This document shows positions 57,346 through 64,000 of a stretch of DNA of 64,000 nucleotides, in pieces. Numbering within the stretch: the first letter of the stretch is position 1; each line of letters begins with the position of its first letter. The stretch lies in assembly GCF_009914755.1 (NCBI RefSeq), contig NC_060932.1. One strand, written 5' to 3'. Both the position numbers and the translations under genes were made by a program. The notes below the pieces were generated by a model. The model saw only the letters and a program-made list of their open reading frames with translations, ran no database searches and was not told the DNA's origin. The stretch comes from the human T2T-CHM13v2.0 reference genome, Homo sapiens.

Positions 57346-58039
57346 CCACCTGCATCAACCTGCGGTAGAAAGTCCAGAGAAGCCTGGCAAAACAACTAAA
57401 AAATGCACCTATCGAGCATTTCAAAGAGCAGAAGATAAGAGAGGCAGAGAAGGTGGGAGGGCTTACGTTCATGTTTTTGGGGGTGAGTGAATTGGGGGTG
57501 GGCATTCATGTAGGATAAGTATATGGTGGAGGTGAAAGGAAATTGACTTGGCTCAGGGAAATCTAATTGGCTTGGAGGTGAGAATTGTGGGTGACTTAAA
57601 AACTGCAGTGGCCTACAACTAGTAATTTCTATTTCATCCTGACTTTATTTCTTGTCCAAAGGGAGGAAAAATGCCTTGAAGAATAGGAGTAGGAGAGAGA
57701 AGAAAGGAAAGCTAGTGGGAGTTTAAGTCAAGGTTGGTTTCCTTCCTGACCTCACCCACATTCTCCCACTCTTCCTGTTTGCACTCAGCTGCTGCCCAGG
57801 CGGAGGCTACTAAGGAGAGTTGGGTTTCAAGCAGGCTTTGTAGGAAAATGGGGGCTTAAGTGAAGCAAAAGCTCCAGGGTGACTCTGAGGGACCTTGCAG
57901 CTAGGATTTCCTGGGAAGTTTCTCCTCCTCACCATTCTATTAAGCTATAGGGGCAGAAATAAGAGCCTCCTATGTAGCAGGTGACCCTTAAAGTCAATGA
58001 ATGAGTAACAAGAGGAATATAATCTTTTTATTTGTGTTA

Positions 58040-58907
58040 CAGAATAAGGATATTTGTGACTGCAATTCTCATATTCTCCAAACACCAACTGGGTGTCCAA
58101 CAATTCAGTTCTATTGTAACACTAACTCCTCAGAGTTAGCATCAGACTCCACAGGTTTAAGGGCTCAGTCCCACAAGACTGCCCTCCCATCAGATGCTGT
58201 CTCAAGATCTCAAGGACTGGGTCCCCAGGTTAGCTGCACTTCTGTCTGACTTGGCTACAAATTCAGAGGCTCCCACAACCTCCTTGCCAGGTTTGGTGAT
58301 TCACTAGAATGTCTCACAAAACTCAGGAAAGTGCTTTTCTTATTGTTATCCATCTATTACAAAGGCTACAACTCAGAACAGTCAAGTAGAAGAGATGCAC
58401 AGAGCAAGGTATGGGGCGAGGCAAGGAGCTTCCCTGCCTTTTCTGGGTGTGCCACCCTCCAGCACCTCATTGTGGTCACTGACCAGGAAGCTCTCTGAAC
58501 CCTGTTGTTTAGTGGTTTTTATGGAGGTTTTATTGCGTAGGCATGATTGATTAAATCATTGGCCACAGGTGATTCAACACAGTCTCCAGCCCCTTTCCCC
58601 TTGCCTGCAAAGTCAGGGGGTGGAGCTGAATGTTTCAACTCACTAATCATTCTGTTGTCTTTCTGGAGACCACCTTCCATCATGAAGTTATCCAGGGACC
58701 CTCAAGAAGACAAGAAGATGAGGGAAAGTTTGGAACTTACTAGAGACTTGTTGAATGGTTTATATATTAACATAAACTTAGTCATTGTTGAAAGGGGCTT
58801 GTTATGAAAGACAAAAGATACTCCCATCACTCAGGAAATTCCAAAAGTTTTAAGAGCTCTGTGCCAGCAATTGGGTACAAAAACTAAATATTTCTTATTT
58901 TACCTCA
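58040..58907 (-). mobile_element. MER21-type LTR
   Basis: acaccaactgggtgtcc...aagggctcagtcccacaagactgccc...aggcatgattgattaaatcattggcca...cactcaggaaattccaa. Confidence 0.8.
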
Positions 58908-59083
58908 GTGACATATTTTCATAATAAAATGGAACTTTTTGGGGAGGTTAACATTTCTTTGTTATATTAGGATAAATCATTTAGCTTATTCTGGGGTAAT
59001 CTGATATTCCCCTGTTTGAAAAACCCAGGAATTGCTATTCCAAATAAAAGTCTTCTCACTCTAAAGAAAAGGACAAAGCCCTC

Positions 59084-59487
59084 TGTATAAATTAACTAGA
59101 GCTGCTGTAAGAAAATATCACAAACTGGATAATTAAACAACAAAGATTTACTGTCTCACAGCTGTGTAGGCTAGAAGTCCAAAATCAAGGTGTCAGTAGG
59201 GCTGGCTTCTTTTGAGGGGCTGTGAGACAGAGGATCTATCCCAGATCCTCTCTCCATGGCTTGTACATGGCCCTCATTTACATCTCTTGACATCATCTTT
59301 GCCTTCCCTCTGTTTATCTCTATGTCCAAATTCTCCCTTTTCATAAGGACAACAGTCATGTTGGATTAGGACACACCTTAATGGTCCTCGCTTTAACTTG
59401 GTTACTTCTGTAAAGATCCTATCTCCAAATACAGTTACATTGTAGGCATTCAGGTTATTTCGGGGAGACACAATTTAACCAATAATA
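59084..59487 (-). mobile_element. MLT1B-like solo LTR
   Basis: ggctagaagtccaaaatcaaggtgtcag...ataaggacaacagtcatgttggattagg...tatctccaaatacagttacatt; TSD ccctc / tcctc. Confidence 0.88.
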
Positions 59488-60296
59488 TCCTCCCTTTGCT
59501 AATGAGCATCCTTTCTGAATCAGTTACTAAGGCTTATGTGGTGATTGTGTGTGGAGGCGGAAGTGGGAGTATAAAGAAAGAGCTGGAGAGACTAGAGATG
59601 AAGGGAGGAGAGGAGAAATGACTGCTGGCATCCGAAGAGTGGAGTGGGACTTGAGAGTGGGGCTCTCTCCAAGGTTCATTTCATGCATGAACTGAAAGAA
59701 GGGCCACTGCAAGGCATATTTCTAATAATTTTTGTACTCTGAGTCAGCTCCAGTGAATTGTCCAGTCTTAGGGTGGCTGGAACTTTTCTAGGAGTGAATA
59801 GGCACTGTCACCCCTCAGCCTCTGTGAAGTGGAAAAGATGCCCAGCCCAAGAGGTGAGCTCCTGACTTGCTAGTGTTGGGCTCATCCAGATGTGCATGCT
59901 CTGCATGTAATTATTCTGTAATAAATGGCTTCCAACTCTATGACCTAAAGTACTTGGAGGAAGAAATTTAATATGTAACATTGTGATTAAAAACATGATT
60001 CAGAGAGAGACTGATACCCTTTCTTTCAGGTACTTTTCAACATTAAATTTAATATGAGGTAAACTTGTAAAAGAGGTTCATTTCTACAATCTTATTCAAA
60101 AACAATATTGCTATATGTGTTGGAAAAATGTAAGAAATAATGATTCTAAATATGTGTCTCTTCTTCTCTTAAATTATTTAAATATGCCATTTAACATGAG
60201 GAAATAAATGAACTACACCCAGAGAATTGGCATGGTATTGCTTATGATAGAAAAAAGAGAAAATGCAGGGAAGATTTAAGTTAGAACTACAGCTGC

Positions 60297-62963
60297 TGAT
60301 ACAGTTTGGTTCTGTGTCCTCACCCAAATCTCATCTTGAACTGTAATCCCCACATGTTGAGGGTGGGGCCTGGTGGGAAGTGATTGGATGATGGGGGCAG
60401 TTCCCCCATGCTGTTCTTGTGACAGGGAGTGAGTTCTCACAAGAGTTGATCGTTTTAAAGTGTGGCACTTCCTTGTGCTCTCACTTTCTCTCACCTGCTA
60501 CCATGTAAGATATGCCTTGCTTTCCCTTCACCTTCCACCATGATTATAAGTTTCCTGATGCTTCCCCACCCACGTGGAACTGTGAGTCAATTAAACCTCT
60601 TTTGTTTATGAATTACCCAGTCTCAGGAAGTATCTTTATAGCAGTGTGAAAACAGACTAATACAGATGATTGGTACTGGCAAAGTGGGGTACTGCTATAA
60701 AGATAACCTGAAAATGTGGAAGTGACTCTTGAATTGGGTAACAGGCAGAGGTTGGAACAGTTTGGGGACTCAGAAGAAGACAAGAAGATGAGGGAAAGTT
60801 TGGAACTTCTTAGAGACTTGTTGAATGGTTTTGACCAAAATGCTGATAGTGATATGAACAATGAAGTCGAGGCTGAGGTTGTCTTAGATGGAAATGAGGA
60901 ACTTATTGGGAACTGGAATCGAGGTCACTCATGCTATGCTTTAGCAAAGAGACTGGTGCCATTTTTCCCCTGCCCAGAGACCTGCGGAACTTTGAATTTG
61001 GGAGAGTTCAAGGAAACTTTTAATATTTCAAAAAGTGTTGTGCCCTAATCCAGCATGACTGCTGTCCTTATAAAAAGGAGGAATTTGGACATAGGGATAA
61101 GTACAGATGGAAGGCAAAGATGATGTCAAGAGATGTAAAAGAGAGCCATGTAAAATCCATGGAGAGAGGACCTGGGACAGATCCTCCAGGCACATCTTAC
61201 ATAGTGGCAGGAGAGAGAGACCGAGAGTGGGGGCTCTGTGTCCCTACTCACATCTCATACCAAATTGTGATCCCCACATGTTGTGGGAAGGATCTGGTGG
61301 TAGGTGATTGGATAATGATTTAGAGTATCTGGCGGAAGAAATTTCTAAGCAACAAAGCATTCAAGATATGACCTGGCTTATTCTGAAAGTGTTCAGTTAT
61401 ATGTGTTCACAAAGTGATGGTTTGAAATTGGAACTTATGTTCAAAAAAGTAGAGGACAAAAGTTTGGAAAATTTGTAGCCTGACCATTTGGTATAAGAGA
61501 AAAACCCATTTTCTGGGGTAGAATTCAAGCCAGCTGCAGAAATTTGCATAAGTAACGACGTGCTGAATGTTAATAACCAAGACAATGGGGAAAATGTCTC
61601 AAGGGCATATTAGATGTCTTTGCAGTAGCCCTTCCCATTGCAGGCCCAGGGGCCTGGGAGGAAAAAAATTGGTTTCATGGGTCAGGCCCAGGGCCCCACT
61701 GCTCTGTGTAGCCCCAGGACATGGCACCCTGCATCCCAGCCCCTCCAGCTTTGCCTGTGGCTAAAAGGGGCATAGGTACAGCCTGGGCTGCTGCTTCAGA
61801 GAGTGCAAGCCCCAAGCCTTGGCAGCTTCCATGTGGTATTGGGCCTACAGATGCACAGAAGACAAGAGTTAAGCTTTGGGAACCTCGCCTAGATCTGAGA
61901 GGATGTATGGAAATGCCTGGATGTCCAGGCAGAAGTCTGCTGCAGGGGCAGAGCTTTCATGGAGAACCTCTGCTAGGGCAGTTTGGAGGGGAAATATGGG
62001 TTTGGAGCCCCCACACAGAGGCCCCACTGGGGCACAGCCTAGTGGAGCTGTGAGAAGAGGGACACTGTCCTCCAGACCCCAGAATGGTAGATCCGCCAAC
62101 AGCTTACACACCATGCGCTTGTAAAAGCCATAGGCATTCAATGTCAGTCTGTGAAAGAAGCCACAGGGGCTCTACCCTGCAGAGCCACAGGAGTGGAGCT
62201 CCACAAGGCTGTGGGAGCCCAGCCCTTGCATCAACATGCTCTGGATGTGAGACATGGAATCAAAGGAGATTTTGGAGCTTTATGATTTAATGACTTGCCT
62301 AGCCAGGTTTTGGACTTGTAAGGGGCCTGTGGCCCCTTTGTTTTGGCCAATTTCTCCCATTTAGAATGGGAACATTTACTCAATGCCTATACTCCCATTG
62401 TATCTAGGAAGTAACTAACTTGCTTTTGATTTTACAGGCTCATAGGTAGAAGGGACTTGCTTTGTCTTAGATGAGACTTTGGACTTGGACTTTTGAGTTA
62501 ATGCTGGAATGAGTTAAAACTTTGTGGGACTGTTGGGTAGGCATGATTGGTTTTGAAATATGAAAAGGACATGAGATTTGGGAGGGGCCGGGGTGGAACG
62601 ATATGGTTTGACTCTGTGTCCCCACTCAAATCTCATATCAAATTGTAATCCCCACGTGCCAAGGGATGGACCTGGTGGGAGGTGATTGGATCATGGGGCA
62701 GTTTCCCCCCTGCTGTTCTCATGATAGTGAGTGAGTTCTCATGAGAGCTGATGGTTTTAAACTGTGGCACTTCCTCACTCTCTCACTCTCTCTCCTGCTG
62801 CCATGTAAGACTTGCCTGCTTTTCCTTCACTTTCCACCATGATTGTAAGTTTCCTGAGACCTCCCCAGCCACGTGAAACTGTGAGTCAATTAAACCTCTT
62901 TTGTTTATATATTCCCCAGTCTCAGGTAGTCTTTTTATAGCAGTGTGAGAACAAACTAATACA
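60297..62963 (+). mobile_element. Complete THE1D/MST-type MaLR provirus (5' LTR 60297-60664, internal 60665-62598, 3' LTR 62599-62963)
   Basis: Two homologous LTRs of about 365 bp ending actaataca; typical MaLR internal sequence; PPT-like gggaggggccggggtggaa; perfect TSD gctgc at 60292-60296 and 62964-62968. Confidence 0.95.
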
Positions 62964-63033
62964 GCTGCTTCACCTATTTATTATCCAGAATTGTAAAATG
63001 GCAGAATTCAATTCAAATATTTTTAAAGCATCT

Positions 63034-63768
63034 CCCAAAGTTTGGATATTTGTCCCCTCCAAACATCATGTTGAAAGTGGATCCCCAGTGTTGGAGATGA
63101 GGCTGAGTTGGAGGTGTTGGCATCATGGGAGCGGATCCCTCCTGAATAGATTTATGTCCTCACTGTGGGGAAGGGGAAGTGAATGAGTTTTTGCTCTATT
63201 GGTTCCCATAAGAGCTGGTTGTTAAAAAGAGCCTGCCATTTCTTCCCCACCTTGCTTCCTGTCTTGCCATGTGACCTCTGTACATGCCAGCTCCCCTTCA
63301 CCTTCCACCATGAGTGGAAATAGCCTGAGGTTTACACCAGATGCTCAGCGTTCCAGCCAGCAGAGTTGTGAGCCAAATAAACCTTTTTTATTTATAAATT
63401 ATCCCATTTCAGTTATTTCTTTTTCTTTTCTTTTACTTTTTTTCTTGAGACAAGGTCTCACTCTGTCACCCAGGCTGTAGTGTAGTGGGATGATCACAGC
63501 TCACTATAGCCTTGACCACCTGGGCTCAGATGATCCGCTCACCTCAGTCTCGTGGGTAGCTGGGACTACAGGCATACGCCACTAGGCCTGGCTAATTTTT
63601 TGTATTTGTTGTAGAGATGGAATTTTACCATAGCGCCCAGGCTGGTCTCAAACTCCTGGGCTCAAGTTATCCTCCCACATTGGCCTCTCAAACTGCTGGG
63701 ATTACAAGTGTGAGCCACCATGCCTGGCCAGGTATTTCTTTAAAACAATGCAAAATAGGCTAAGAATA
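63034..63768 (+). mobile_element. MSTB-like LTR interrupted by an Alu
   Basis: gtttggatatttgtcccctccaaacatcatgttgaa...agagctggttgttaaaaagagcctg...gtgagccaaataaacct; resumes at 63730. Confidence 0.85.
63421..63729 (-). mobile_element. AluJ
   Basis: gagacaaggtctcactctg...gatcacagctcact...ctcctgggctcaag; TSD ag(t/g)tatttct. Confidence 0.95.
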
Positions 63769-64000
63769 GCACATAGTGTGTACCTTACACTATAGTACAA
63801 GTTTCTGTCTGCGAGTATCTGGGATGGGGGAGAAAAAGATATATACATTTATTTACATTTTAAGGTCCTGTCAGAACTATTTCTTTCAGGATGCATTCAG
63901 CTTTAATGTATCAAGGGAAAGAGAGTAGGTTTGATGACTTGTTATGTAAAACATTATGTGTGTATTGTATAAAATTTTACCCAGGTATAGATAACTATCC

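Noticed and set aside
60716-62290. Cluster of 60-110 aa ORFs
   Set aside because: Decayed MaLR internal sequence and the templated insert; not a gene.

Overview
Primate (very probably human) genomic DNA, AT-rich, CpG-depleted and dense in repeats. It looks intergenic or deep-intronic: I found no recognisable host protein-coding exon, RNA gene or CpG island, and I cannot assign a locus. All long ORFs are fragments of L1 ORF2; the short ones are Alu-, LTR- or chance-derived. Contents: nine Alus plus one Alu fragment, three L1PA-class insertions (one with a twin-priming 5' inversion, one internally scrambled), older L1M/L2/MIR remnants, solo LTRs (THE1, MST, MLT1, MER4, MER21, MER41A, LTR16), a complete THE1D/MST-type MaLR provirus with a perfect TSD, a decayed ERVL pol/dUTPase remnant and several DNA transposons. 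The most unusual signal is locally templated copying at 58.7-63 kb. A 308-bp patchwork of neighbouring sequences sits inside the provirus, and a 58-bp piece of the provirus sits inside an upstream LTR. Smaller templated scars occur at 3.8 kb (a 73-nt hairpin) and 21.8 kb (a triplicated Alu TSD). Repeat subfamily names come from recalled consensus sequences, not from a database search, and boundaries of old elements are approximate.
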